A DNA stretch of 64,000 nt from Calcarisporiella thermophila CBS 279.70 (lineage: Eukaryota; Fungi; Calcarisporiellomycota): positions 442,714 through 506,713 of the forward strand of contig NW_027192198.1 of the NCBI RefSeq assembly GCF_041956535.1. The letters run 5' to 3'. The translations under genes and the position numbers were made by a program. The notes beneath the pieces are model-generated. The model did not search any database and was not told the origin of the DNA. It worked only from the letters and a program-made list of their open reading frames with translations. This document shows, in pieces, positions 23,063 through 35,348 of the stretch (its first letter is position 1; each line of letters begins with the position of its first letter).

Positions 23063-25544
23063 TTAAGCAAGGAAGGAAATAATTCTCCTCCACCACGGGC
23101 GTTTACCCTTGGCAGCGGCTCTCTCTTCTATTGCTTGAATATCATGCATCTCCACTCGGCGATCCGAGTCTAGATCGATTTCTGCTAGCGGCGTCAGTGG
23201 GGTATTGTTGACGAGTTTCGCAATAATATAGCCGACAATGCAGAGGAAAGGGCCAATATAGCATCCGGTGATGAGCAAGACGTCAACCCTAACAATGTAC
23301 GGGTATCCCTGCACAACCGTGATGACAGTGCAGGCGAGCATTGCGAACAGGGGGCCAAAGGGGAAGAACGGGGCGCGGTAAGGGAGGTCAGATAATGGCC
23401 TTCCTTGGACTACGAATGCACGATGGAAGCGGTAGTGGGCGAGGGAGATTCCAAACCTGGATGGGGGAGGGTATATATAGTGTACTCGATTAGTCAGATC
23501 CATCCACTGAATAATACGCATGAATCAAGAGGGCTACCAGGTAATAAATCCACCCACTCCGGGAATGGACATCAGCCAAATGAAGACCTTTTCAACCGGT
23601 AATAGCTTCGTCAAAAAGCTGAGGCAAGCAATAAGGGCAGAGGCTGCCATGGAGTAAACGGGTACACCGCGTTTGTTGACTGTAGCAAAAATTTTCGGTG
23701 CAATGCCCTCTTTTGCAAGACCGGTAAGCGTGCGAGAACTTACATACCTAAGGTCGCAAGGAATCATTGCCGATAAGTCCTCCAGTGTATTATCTCAGGA
23801 ATAACACTTATTTACAATGCAGAGTTACCGCACGACAAAATGGTGATCAGAATGACCGTATTCATCACAGAAGATACTGCAGCAAAGCCGGCTTTTTCGA
23901 ACATGCGCGTAAAGGGACTAATGGTAACATTAAGGGAGATGTCTGACCGGAGTAGCGTTGGGTCATCAGCGGGAATCAGAAGGCCAATGAAAAACATACA
24001 AAGGATATAGCTGAAATAGGAACCCAGAAGCGATTAGCTAAATAATGAAAAAGTATTGGAAAAATAGTTTTCCACACGTACAAAATCAAAATTCTCCAAA
24101 ACACATGTTTGATAGCCTTTGGGATGTCCTGTTGGTAATAATAGGTTAGCTCACATTACAAAAAAAAAAGAAAGGAAAGATAAAAATAAAATGTGCTTAT
24201 TTACCCGGCGAGGATTTTTACTTTCACCTGCGGTAATTCCTACAATCTCGCTCCCTTGCATCGAAAAACTAGCTATAAGGATTTGACAAAGAAAATTAAT
24301 ATTTCTAGAGGTAGGCAACAGGACCAAACTCATGTTTACCGGTGATCAACACAAGCAGAACGCCTCTGAATCCATCGGCAAACGGAGAATAATCTCCAGT
24401 CCAATACCGGAATCCAATTCTATCTCCCCCCAAAACTCCGGCGTCAACGAAGATCCCGACAATGATGAACATTGCACAGGCCAAAATTTTTACAAGAGAG
24501 AACCAGTATTCCTACACAAACCAAACGTGAGCGATCATGGCGACATTGATATCCAAGCATAGGGATTACCGTCTCGCCATATAATTGGGCACCGAATAAG
24601 TTCAGGAGGATAATGAGAACCAGGGTGATGAGACTCCATGCCCACTCAGGGAGGGCGGTAGTCCAGAACTTTAGGACGAGAGCAATGGCTGTGATCTCGG
24701 AGGCAATGATAAGCGACCAGCATACCCTGAGTCATTTGGAAAGAAGCGAGACAAGTTAGCCGTGATCCGAACAAGGGGAAGAAGAGAATGCCTCACCAAT
24801 AGTTCCATCCGATCACCAAACCAAACGAGCGGTCAACGAAGCGGCGGCAGTAGATCGTAAATGCCCCTGTGACGGGGATATAAGACGCCATTTCTCCTAG
24901 ACTATTAGAGCGAAATAGATGGCGAGGTCATATGAATGAGTTGCTAGAAAGGAAGCATGGGTGGCGAAGTTTACCTCATTGTCACTACATTGAAGAGTGA
25001 GGAAAGGAGAGGAAATAAGGTTATTGGAACTCGTATTTTAAGAATATCCTGTTGCTACACGTTACCAAAATATATCAAGAATCCGATGAAGCCATAACCA
25101 AGGAGCGCTCCCAGCGGGCCAGCGGTCGTAATACTGAATCCTGAAGACAGGAAAAGGCCCTGTCCAATCACACCACCCAAAGAAATCATCTATATTGGCG
25201 CGGGCAAAAGAGTGGTTAATTTTGTTCAAAGAATGACATGATAGATTATCACGACTTGCCTGAAGATGGCGGGATTTCAGCGTGCGGTGCATTTTGTTTT
25301 CCTGAGGAGCCTGCTTCTCTTCACCTTGCTCTAGCTGCGACAGGTCCTCGTCTTTGTTGTACGAGAAGGACATCTCGACCTTGTCTTGAGAAGGCATCTC
25401 GACCTTGTCTTCTGAGAAGGCTTGTTCATGCACGTTCTCATTCGACGCCTCAGGGTGAGTCGCCGATGCCTTCTGGTCTCCATAGTGGTCGCCGCGGTGG
25501 GAGTCGACTCCCGCGGGGGGGGAGCTGTGGCCTTGTCCCGTCAT
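23063..25544 (-). CDS. Amino-acid permease, APC superfamily (fungal YAT/Lyp1-Can1-Gap1 type)
   Basis: [91 protein letters not shown]; many introns. Confidence 0.95.
25371..25411. repeat. Short direct repeat with 24-nt period in the permease N-terminus
   Basis: CATCTCGACCTTGTCTT at 25371 and 25395, encoding DKVEM twice. Confidence 0.8.
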
Positions 25545-26453
25545 CTTCTGCTGGAATTGGGAGGGACGAGAGGGAAAAGTGCTTGTGAAGGGAGCAGAGC
25601 GCAGGGCACTATTGCCGAATAGTTAAATAGCACAAGCAAGATTTCATTAATATTCTATACGTGGGAAACCACGGGAGCAAAATGCCTCAGCCGCCCAATG
25701 GGATTCGGCCGATGTCTCACTAAAGTTTATTTTTCCTCTCCGCAGCAGTGATTTGCAGGAATTGAAGGCCGCCAAGTGCTTAATGAAAAAAGTGTAATGA
25801 AAGTGCATATTGAGTTTCAGCAAACGCGTTCAAGTCAGCGCTGCCCGCTGCACAAGGTTAGAGGTGGGCCGGGACTCCGACCAGTGCCTTCATTCTCGAT
25901 GCGGCCCAAGGCCTCGCCGGGCAGCCAGCGCGCAAGGTTCTTTGCGGTGGGCCAAGGTTTCGTTGGCAGGATTAACCGTAAATGCAGGCACATGCATGGG
26001 ATTAGGCGACAGCCGAGGAACGGTCGTTGTGAACCAAACAAAGGGTCCATTTGTTCCGTCCGCCCATTTCTCGCTTGCGCTTTTTTTTTTTATTTTCTGC
26101 TGTAGCCCTGAGTTGAGGCTCAGCCCTCATTTTTGGTGCGAGGCCCAGCCGCCCGGCCTATTGCTGCTGCATTGTGTGGCGGAGGTCTAGGCAAATCGAA
26201 GGGCGAAAAGGATCAAATGACCTTGAATCTAAGGCCCAACAAATTTAGTGTGGGAATGGCGTCCGTCTGGAAATACGGCTACAAGTACGAGAGGAGTCTT
26301 CAACCTTAACAGGGAATATCGTACAAAGCCTTTTTATTTAAAATAAACAAGGAGAACAGAAAATTGTCGATGCTATTAAAGGGAATATTGTGAGTTGAAA
26401 ATAAAAGACGTCATTATATATACAGAACAACAGGTGAAAAAAAGACAAAGCCA

Positions 26454-28770
26454 TTAATAAGGGTAGAGTTTTCTCTGCTCGTCTCCTCTGGGGCTGCAAT
26501 CGTCGCTCCACTACCAATAAGGCAAAGTTAAAACTGCATATACATTATCTAATCTTTAATTGATGCCAACTCACCAACCAAACACGTTGCGGCTCGCCGT
26601 CAACTTCTGCTATAAAAGCCCTTATAAACTCAGATTCCTCGACTGAGGCCTGAACCCGACTCCAGATTTTCCTCTTCCTCGCAAGAGGTTCAACGTCTAG
26701 AAGAAGGTCCCGTAGTTGCAAGGCTGGGATCTCTGGACGCGGGTATTGAAAGGGGTCTTTAGCGTGCAGATATTCCTAAAAACACAAGGGAGCGAAGAGG
26801 GGAAAATGTCAATAAAGTTAAGGATAATTTTACCAAATGGATATATAACTACCTGACATTCCAGAAGGATGGTTACTTCATGCACTAGCCTAGCAACAAG
26901 CTTCCTGTCGCTTTCTTGCTGTTTTGCTTTTCTACGCACATGGAATATATAAACCAAGCCTAGCGCAAATCCTAGCGGATGAGTGTAAATAAGGAAAGGA
27001 AAAAGAAAAATGAGTGACTAATAGAAAAGGTAAGATGAAACACTATTTACCACAAAGATACACCCATTGCAGTCGCACCAACCTCATTACCCACGTGCTA
27101 AGCTGGCAGCTGAGAGAGAAGTGTGGCTTCTGACTTGCGATGAATCTATCACTGCTTCCAGAGGGCAAACTCTCGAATTGAACCTCAGGGTGCTGCTCAA
27201 TTTTTTTCAGCGCCCTCTCCCATATATCTTTAAAATTTTCACTACCAATGTCCAGCGCATGTCGTCTGTTCAGTATGGTATACAACTCGCTCACCCGCAT
27301 CCCACGAACACCAGCTCCAAGTGGTTTATTTCGAAGCAATGTACGATGCTGATCCAAGGTCCCACGGTGTCCACAAATAACTTGCCCGGCATGGATGCTC
27401 AGCTCTCGCAGGATCTCGTCAACAACCACTTGAACTTGGGCGCCCTTTTCATCGGTAGCAATGCATTTTGGGGCTACAGGAATCAAGCCGCCAAAAGAGA
27501 GGGGAGGGGACTGATACACGAATCCTTCGTCACAGATTACCACACCATTTCGTTCACAGGAAGCATGATCTGGACATGGGATACATGTAGGGAGTAATTT
27601 GGAGAACCGCCCTCCACTTGGACTCTTAGCACAATACCCCAACCCCACGTTTTCCTTTCTATACCACAATCCACAGACCACTACCAGCACCAGCAGCACG
27701 GTCCATACCGAACTCAGAGAGTACACCTCCTTTATCACTGGAGGGCTTTTACTCCTCTTCATTCTTCGCTTCTTTGAATCATATGCAGCTGAGGAGATAG
27801 ATGGTGACCTCTTGGTGTTTTGAATGAGGTCTATATCATGTTCGTAAGGTGTTTGTGTCATGAATTTCTCCAACGGAGATAAAGTTTGGATGGGCTCAAC
27901 TTGCGAAATGGGTGTGGATTGGCGCTGAGGCAACAAGGCAGGGATTGGGAGCCCATCGAGGGAATCGAGAGAGGTGTTGGTGGTGGAGGAGAGAGTGGTT
28001 CGAGATAGAGAATGAACTTGGCGCGAAAGACTTTGGCTGCGGCTGCGGCTGCGGCTGCGGCTGCGACTCCGACGCAAGCTCTGGTCGTGCATGGAATGTC
28101 GAAAATTCGTTAGCTCATCCTCGAATTCTCCTGATGCAGACACGATCGGGGACTGCAAGATTTCGCTCTAGAGAAACAAAAATAAAAGCAAATCGATATT
28201 TTATTCGTCGCGGTGGAAAATGAAAATAGCTCAAATAAAGGTATCTACTTTTCGTGTCTGAGGCCGGAGTGTATACCGCGACATACTCAAGTCTGACTCC
28301 GCGGCGTCCACTGGCGCATTCTCATGAACTAATGGAGTCTATACGAGATAAAACGAAATTCATTAGACTGCAATTCTGATTCAGCTAGGACATTGACTAT
28401 TGTGTACTCTTTGTCGAGTGACCGATCTTTCTCTGGGCTTGGGCATTGCTTGTTTTGGCGCCGGAATCGCAAAACCATCGCTATTCCTGCTCCATTCTTC
28501 AACCTCGTTTTCTGCCTCTTCCTCCCGACCTCCCTTCTGTCCTGCAATAATGATTCCACGCGAACTCGGTTTCACATTCCGATGGGCCAAAAGTATGCGT
28601 TCGGCCTGGGGGACGATCTGTTGGCGGAAAAGTTGGACCAGCTCCCGCTTTTTGGCACTTGACCGTGTTGCAACATCATGCTTAAGCAGGATACCGCGCA
28701 GCTCGGCCACCCGTAACTTTGTGGGGTCAAAGCCGGGCTCAAGGTAATAGTATTCTCCCGTTTTGGACAT
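26454..28770 (-). CDS. SRC1: Inner nuclear membrane LEM/HEH-domain protein, Src1/Heh1 (Man1-Src1) family
   Basis: YLEPGFDPTKLRVAELRGILLKHDV...AKKRELVQLF (HEH); TM; GYC...CIPCPDHASC...C..GF luminal MSC domain; second TM and C-terminal domain. Confidence 0.9.
28035..28064. repeat. (GGCTGC)5 hexamer microsatellite encoding an SR dipeptide tract in Src1
   Basis: Five perfect copies; the minus strand reads SRSRSRSRSR. Confidence 0.9.
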
Positions 28771-29077
28771 CAGGCGAAAACTAGGAGAAGCAGAAGTAGA
28801 GGATTTGTATTGAAAATGGAGCAGGAATAAAATTAAACGCGTTGAAACGCGTAACAAACAGGCGCAGTAAAAATTAAAATATTCAAAATGGAAAATCAAA
28901 GCAACAGTTAACATAAGGGCAAAACTAAATATATGTAGGGGGAGAAAAAGTTATAGACAAAGATGCAATATATATACTAGTCGTTAGAAAAAAAAATTAC
29001 AAAAGAAAGGCTGTTCTAAAACAGAAAACCGATTTAAGTGTTGGTATCATGCCGAGAATGCTGCGTGTTATTTCGGT

Positions 29078-32000
29078 TTATACAAATCCAGATTCATTTA
29101 GCAACCTTGCAATCTTTTCATCCTCCCTTTCCCTACGAAAATCAGCTTGGCATTAGAACTCTACACTAAAACTACGGTTGGATATTATTAAGAATGGATA
29201 AGTTACCTCGGCTCAAGACTTAAGCTCAACGGATAAAGCTCTTCGACCGCTCGAGCACTTTGTAGACATTTCCGCAAAAAGAGCTGGATCTCGGGGACAG
29301 GCGCTAGGGAATAGGGCGTGATTTGGTAGCGCTGAAGCTCACGGATCACCTCCGCCGTTTTAGTGTATTTTGCAAAGTTGATTAGTTCGTGAGAACGCTT
29401 GAGACTATCTGGGTTGCCATCCTCAATAAAAGTGAGATCGGTGAGATAGACACCAAGAAATGGAACGCAGGGCGGTTCAGAGGCTTTTAAAACGCGGCGA
29501 TATTCACCAAAGTTCTTAGCCGAACTCATGAGCTTTTTGAGTTGGCTGAAGGCAAGCATGGTCTTTTGATTGACCAGCTTTATTATTTTAACAAAAATAG
29601 AATCAAGTTAATGGCTCAATCCTCGAAATGGTACTAATTGTGCAGTACTCACCTCCCAAGTTCGTTTCAACCTGAAAATTGCAGAAGAATCGAGCCCGGC
29701 CACAATCGCCATACAGGTGTTGAAATTGTTTAATGTACGGCATTTCTGGAAATATATTCGTTTAGCCAAGTGAGTCTGGGTCGATTATCAATTTATAGCA
29801 TTACCTCTGCAATAGCAACAAAGCGCTTTATCAATGAGACTCTTTTCTTCATATCGATTTGCGACAATATCGATTCAGCAACCCAGCATGTCATCTGAAA
29901 AAAAAGGGAGTTAGCACCACTAGGATGAAAGAACTTAAAAAGCTCAAGGTGATAATCCAAGTCACCTGGTTGCTCTGCTCAATCAACGCCTTAACATTCT
30001 CTGCAATATTCCCGGTAGAATCCTCCGCGCTCCATATTTTGTTCAAACACTCCACTGGATTTATCCTATTGAACAATCGAGCATCCATCAGCGTTAATTG
30101 CCGTGCGATCTCAAGGTTGTCCAGGTCCTCGAGTTTTATCCTCTGCAGGTTGCGCGGTAAAATGGAGAGCGGGATATTTATGGACGCATTTGCTACCATT
30201 TTGCGAATTCCACACGCATCTGGTTGCGATATTCGCTTGTCAATTAACTTAATGAGCTGGGAAGCAGGCATGGACATGTGTTGTTGCATTGTTTTGAGAG
30301 CGAACTCTTTCAGTGCAGGCAAATAGCGTATATCTTCCGCATCCATAAAGTAATTTTCGAGCCAGTTCTTTAGCACGTTAAACACACGAAGCCTCACGGG
30401 GGTCTGCTTCTTCTCGATCCATGTTGCTAGCTCCTCTTCACTAAGTCCAGGTGGAGGCTTTAAAAGGAAGCGCTGGCAGAGCATATCAAGAAAGATTTCC
30501 GTCCGTGTAAAAGAGCGATAGGTCAGCAAAAATGTTGCATTAAAACTCGCATCGTGTTGATCGTGGAGGGTCAACCGTTCCACCAAGCCGCGCAGAGTGC
30601 CACCCTTGACATGCCCATCCCCAGTGAAAATAAGTTCGTCTGGTCCAATATCGGGGCCCAAGTAGGGGATTTTCGCATCAAATAGATGGTAGCTCTGCTC
30701 GTTCGAAGGCGTTGGCATCGGGTCCTCGCCAAAGAATTTACGTAATTTATCGGGGCGTGGAGAATGAAATACCGGTAACGCGCCTGCCTCCACCGCGGAA
30801 ACCACCGTGGCACTGGCATCTAAACCATCATGCGCCGCAATTTCCAGCGATGATTTTTCGTCGCCATTAAGGGTCGAGTTCTTGCGAGCAGACACCTCTG
30901 AGTCAGAGGAGATAAAGTCGTCGGAGAGCTCATCGGAAGGGTGATTAGCCCGATGTCGTCGATGCTTTCCATTACCATTTACGGGCGGAGGTGCTTATTA
31001 AATGATAAGAGAGATTTAGCCGAATTTTAGGGAAGCAGTGGATATAATGAAAATGTATCAACATCTTCCATGACACACTAACTTACCATGCATCTCGGGT
31101 ATGGCGTTTATCCTCTTAAGAAGCTTTTGAACACCATTTTGCACCGCGTCCACCGTCTCACTGATCTGGTCTGCTACAATCATTTCACATGATATATTCT
31201 GATTGGTGCTCATTTGCACTTCCAAAATGAGCTTTCCCGTATGATTATAAAGTGCCTGCATCATACATTGCAATTCTGTGTACACGGGGAGTTCACGCAA
31301 GAGTTTTGCCTCTTCGACCAGATTCAAAAAGCTATTTAACAAATAGGAGATCTCCTGCACTCGCATGATCAAAGCCGTCTGAACTGACAGAGTGTGGATG
31401 GACTTGAGGCATTGTTCCGTTAAAGCAGCTTGGACATCATTTTGAATATGATGGATCACTTTCTCAATGAGATTCGAATGGTTCTCCAGCTGGTCGAGTA
31501 AGCCCGGACGATGATTCGCATGCCCACCTGCCGCCTGTGAGCTTTCCAAATCCTCGCTCGGTGACGATGTTGAAGAGACAGATTGAGAAAAGAAGAAATT
31601 CTGGCTATGCAGCGTTGACCGCGCTGCCTCCTCCGTGGTTAATATATACGGGTGAGTATTAAAGACTTCTACGCCACATTCTTGTGCTAGTAATACAAAT
31701 TTTCTGACAGTCACAAGCACATTCTGCGCGTCCTCCTTTAACCTTGCTATCGTTTCCGGTTCACAGATCCCAGTTGCCATTTTCGCGGAGAGAGTCAGTC
31801 GTGAAAGCGTGGCAGTTATTGCACGGCGCTGTGTTTTCAGGACGCGATCCTGTCGGAAATACACAGAGTCCTTATCCATGCAATCGCAAGCATGAAGCAT
31901 TCCGCGGATGGATAGTATAACCTTGTTAGCACACGCATCAAACCGATCTTTCTCTCCATGTTCGACTGCTTGTCGCAGATCCTTAATAGCAACTGCAATT

Positions 32001-33020
32001 TGGGTGTTTAATTGCGGCCATGACACTGGTTCATCTGCGGAGTTGATATGATTAGTTGGTGAAGGTGTCGAGTGCACATGAGTTTGTCGAGCACCATCTT
32101 GATTAGATGAGGCATGGTTAGAAGAAATGTGATGTTGCGGCGGTTCTTGCTGCACCATGGGATCGGATGGCGATTGAGGGGAGCTGATATCATTGCCGGT
32201 GTGAGAATTGGTATTCATCTGAGTATCACCGTCGTCATAGACGTCATCTATATTCCACGTTGTTTCCTCCGATACCGTGTTGTAGTAGTATACACGACCT
32301 CTGGGAGTACGCTTCTGCACCCAATTTGGAGGTAGATCCGACATCTTTGGTGGCTGCTTCTCTACCTCGGGAGACATGCGATTATGATTCGATGACACAG
32401 GTATGCGCTCAGGAGACTTTGTGTCAAATAAAATCAATAGAGATAAAATGAGTAAAGAGATGCAATATAGTTAGAAGCTTCATCTGGTTATTACCCGGAT
32501 TGCAGTGTTTTCTCGACTAACATTAGTAGCCATTCCATTTGATCTATTTAATGGCAAATCCCATAGAGTCTCACCCGTTACTGCGTTAAGGTAAAATATG
32601 GCACCATTGGCTGCAATCTTAGGAGTCCACACGTCCATCCTCTAATTTATAGAAAACACGGTTGTAAGAAATTGTAATTGATTCATTGACGATGCACAAT
32701 CACATACCGCATCTGTTTCATCTTCTGAAACAGCCTCCTCCTCAGAATCATGGTTATCGATTATTTCCACGTAGTTCGATGGAAACCATCCACGCCGTCC
32801 ATTTGCAACTCCATCCCACCACCCGACATCCAATTGTCCCAGAACCTAAACAATGCGAACGTAGAGAATTCATCCATTAGGAATCTTATGCAGGAATCTA
32901 GATCTAACAATCAATACTAACCTCCACATTGTCCCCCTTCCGAAACTGTAGTGTATGTGGTTCGCTCGATTGGAACTCATATAGTGCTCTTGCTATACAG
33001 ATGACTTTTGGATCTGCCAT
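29078..33020 (-). CDS. CDC25: Ras guanine-nucleotide exchange factor, Cdc25 family (SH3-WW-WW-REM-RasGEF)
   Basis: SH3 (ARALYEF...WWDG...GWFPSNYV), two WW-like motifs, VKGGTLRGLVERLT, FLLTYRSF, RVFNVLKNWL, EIARQLTL, PCVPFLGVYLTDLTFIEDGN. Confidence 0.94.
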
Positions 33021-33320
33021 CGAGGAAGAAGAGCGCCACGTAATGGTCTTTCGATTGAGGCAAAAAGGCCAGCTTCGTCGTTTGTGGAGATATATGAACC
33101 TAAATTTTTTTAACACCCATTAATTAATTTTTGTGGCTTATGGTGAGAAGTCACAAACTCTATTTTCAGGGCACGATTCAGATTCTCTAATGCTCATGTG
33201 CTCTAACTTAAAATAAAATGGTTTTTGCGCGGGGTAAACTCCTTTCCCTAAGACTTTCCCACCGAGACCTTCTAACTGATAAAACATTTCTTATCGCCTT
33301 ATTCCCATACTTTATTCAAT

Positions 33321-33771
33321 ATGACCTTTATTCATTTCATGTCCAAGAATAAACCAGTAAGTATTCTCTCAAGCTAATAGATACATGAGCACGACTCACT
33401 CATAGTTATTTCGCTAATTAACCTAGCTAATTCCATTGTTCATGGCAGTTGGAGCAGGTCTTGTTGGAGGTGTAGCGTATGTATTTCCCTTTTTCTTGGT
33501 AAATACACTCTACTCTTATCACATAGTTCTGCCTTACTAGGTTTATGGGCTACAACCTCGCTTACAACCCTGATGTGATTCTCGATAAAACAGGGGATAG
33601 GCAGCCATGGAATCGTATTAAGCAGCACCAAAACTCGAAAGTAAGAGCCTCTTGAAACGTGACCCTTTGAATGAACTCACAAAATTCTCCACCAACCTTT
33701 TTTTCTAGTTATTAACCATAAATAAGGAATTCTTCGAAAACCGAAGGGATATGCCAGATAAAAGGTTCTAA
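33321..33771 (+). CDS. NDUFA4/COXFA4 (MLRQ, B12D family) small mitochondrial subunit
   Basis: Four exons splice to MTFIHFMSKNKP|LIPLFMAVGAGLVGGVA|FMGYNLAYNPDVILDKTGDRQPWNRIKQHQNSK|LLTINKEFFENRRDMPDKRF*. LIPLF...NPDV...PW is the family signature. Not in the ORF track. Confidence 0.88.
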
Positions 33772-35348
33772 GCATGAGAGCCTCGCGGTGCATAATTTTT
33801 GGGGGTCAAAACGGCGACTCCTTAACTCGATGTCCATCGAACAAACATGTGTTTACTGTTATACTCTCTAACTCCCTGCTCTTGTTGACCATATGAATTT
33901 TTTAAAGAAATAAAATGCAATATCTGGATGATGATTTAATATTCTGAAGAGGTCTCTGCATTGTTAAAGGAGATACTTATGAAATCCAGAAAGGAGCTCT
34001 TTTATCATATATATCATGACTATTCTTGCTTAACAGATGTATATGAAAATCTCCAAATATTGATCCAGGTAAAGAGAGAATATTATCTAAATCGATCTTA
34101 TTGTCTTAGTTTAATTTGATATCCCAACTTAGGGGGGTTCAATGCAGAAATCACCACTATCATTTTAATTAGGAGTCTTTATGATAAAATATTTCCAAAA
34201 TTGCTCGGAAAAGCGTACGTGAAATAGTCTGAGAAAATTTATTTTCAATGATCTTGAAGGCAAATATAATTATATGCTCTCATATCGGCCCCTATATGGA
34301 TAATTGTCAAGGACCAAGGTAATCTCAGAAAGGATATATTAGTTGTATCGGAAAGAACCTGGTATTCAAGCAAACAGCTACCAGCTTGTTAGTAAATTAA
34401 ACAAGCTGTAAACAATGGAATAAATTTCATCCCCGCGGAATTCAGCCATTTATTAATTGTTTTATTTTAATTTTCATAAATCGAGTATATCATTATTATA
34501 AATGCATCATGAGACAAAGACAAGATCATAGACTTATATCGACTGTATTTTATTTTCCGGCAACTCTGCATAAATAAATAGTCATTTCATCTATTGTAGA
34601 GGATACGTGTTTAATAGTCTGAACAGATGAATATACCCGAAAATTATTATGCTTGAATGCAAAATTCTTTGAAATAAAATTGTGGTAAGTTAAAGATAGT
34701 TTGAAAGATAGTTTGGAAAATACTTCCATGCCTACTCTTTGGAGAGGGTAACTACACATGAGGCATGGCAAGCAATCGAAATGGCATATAGTTACGGAAT
34801 ATACTATTATTGCAGCGAACAAGAAATGATTGGAACGGAGTATTATTTCACCTAGGCAGCCTATTATAGATTCGCTCAAATGGATCACCGGCCTAGTCAC
34901 TATTTATGTACATGCTCTTTCCAATTTTGCCCCTGAATCTACAATTTTTTAGACTCCCTAGAAAAAACCAGCGGGTCGGTCATAGCATTATGATCACCGG
35001 CCATTCGTCAAATTAAGGTTACTCTCGAATCAAGAGGAGGTTAATGAAAAGTTGCCTTCAACCCTAGTTTCCCCTTATTTTCTCCTTTTTCTCCTTCGGG
35101 CGAAGGTTCTCTCTATTCGACTATCCGTTTTTCCTCTCTGTTATTTCTCCTTCATTACATTTGAATCTCATTTCCACATTTCACCTCAGCATCTCTCAAT
35201 TCCCGATTCATAATCCTTGATATATTCCCTATTGTCTATTAGTTTACTTAAGTTACTTTCCCCCGCAACCGAAGTTTATACTTTCTTAAAAAGACGCAAG
35301 AAGAAAACCTTAGTGAATTATCCTAATATACTTCTCTGCTGAGGCCAT

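Noticed and set aside
23995-24012. ATATCCTT U12-type 5' splice-site-like words (also 4532, 12357, 34330, and GTATCCTT at 48188)
   Set aside because: They fall inside coding exons, on the wrong strand or in intergenic DNA; all gene models close with U2-type introns.
33128-33160. Ndt80 MSE-like CACAAA sites (also ~19915)
   Set aside because: A short AT-rich core expected by chance; I saw none upstream of the RING-RRM gene next to NDT80.
33925-33950. C/D snoRNA-like boxes (ATGATGA...CTGA; also GTGATGA at 41763 and 58581)
   Set aside because: Spacing too short, or no matching D box, terminal stem or recognisable rRNA guide.
34000-34900. Long intergenic region with a 116-aa minus-strand ORF
   Set aside because: Non-ATG start, AT-rich, no recognisable domain or transposon hallmarks.
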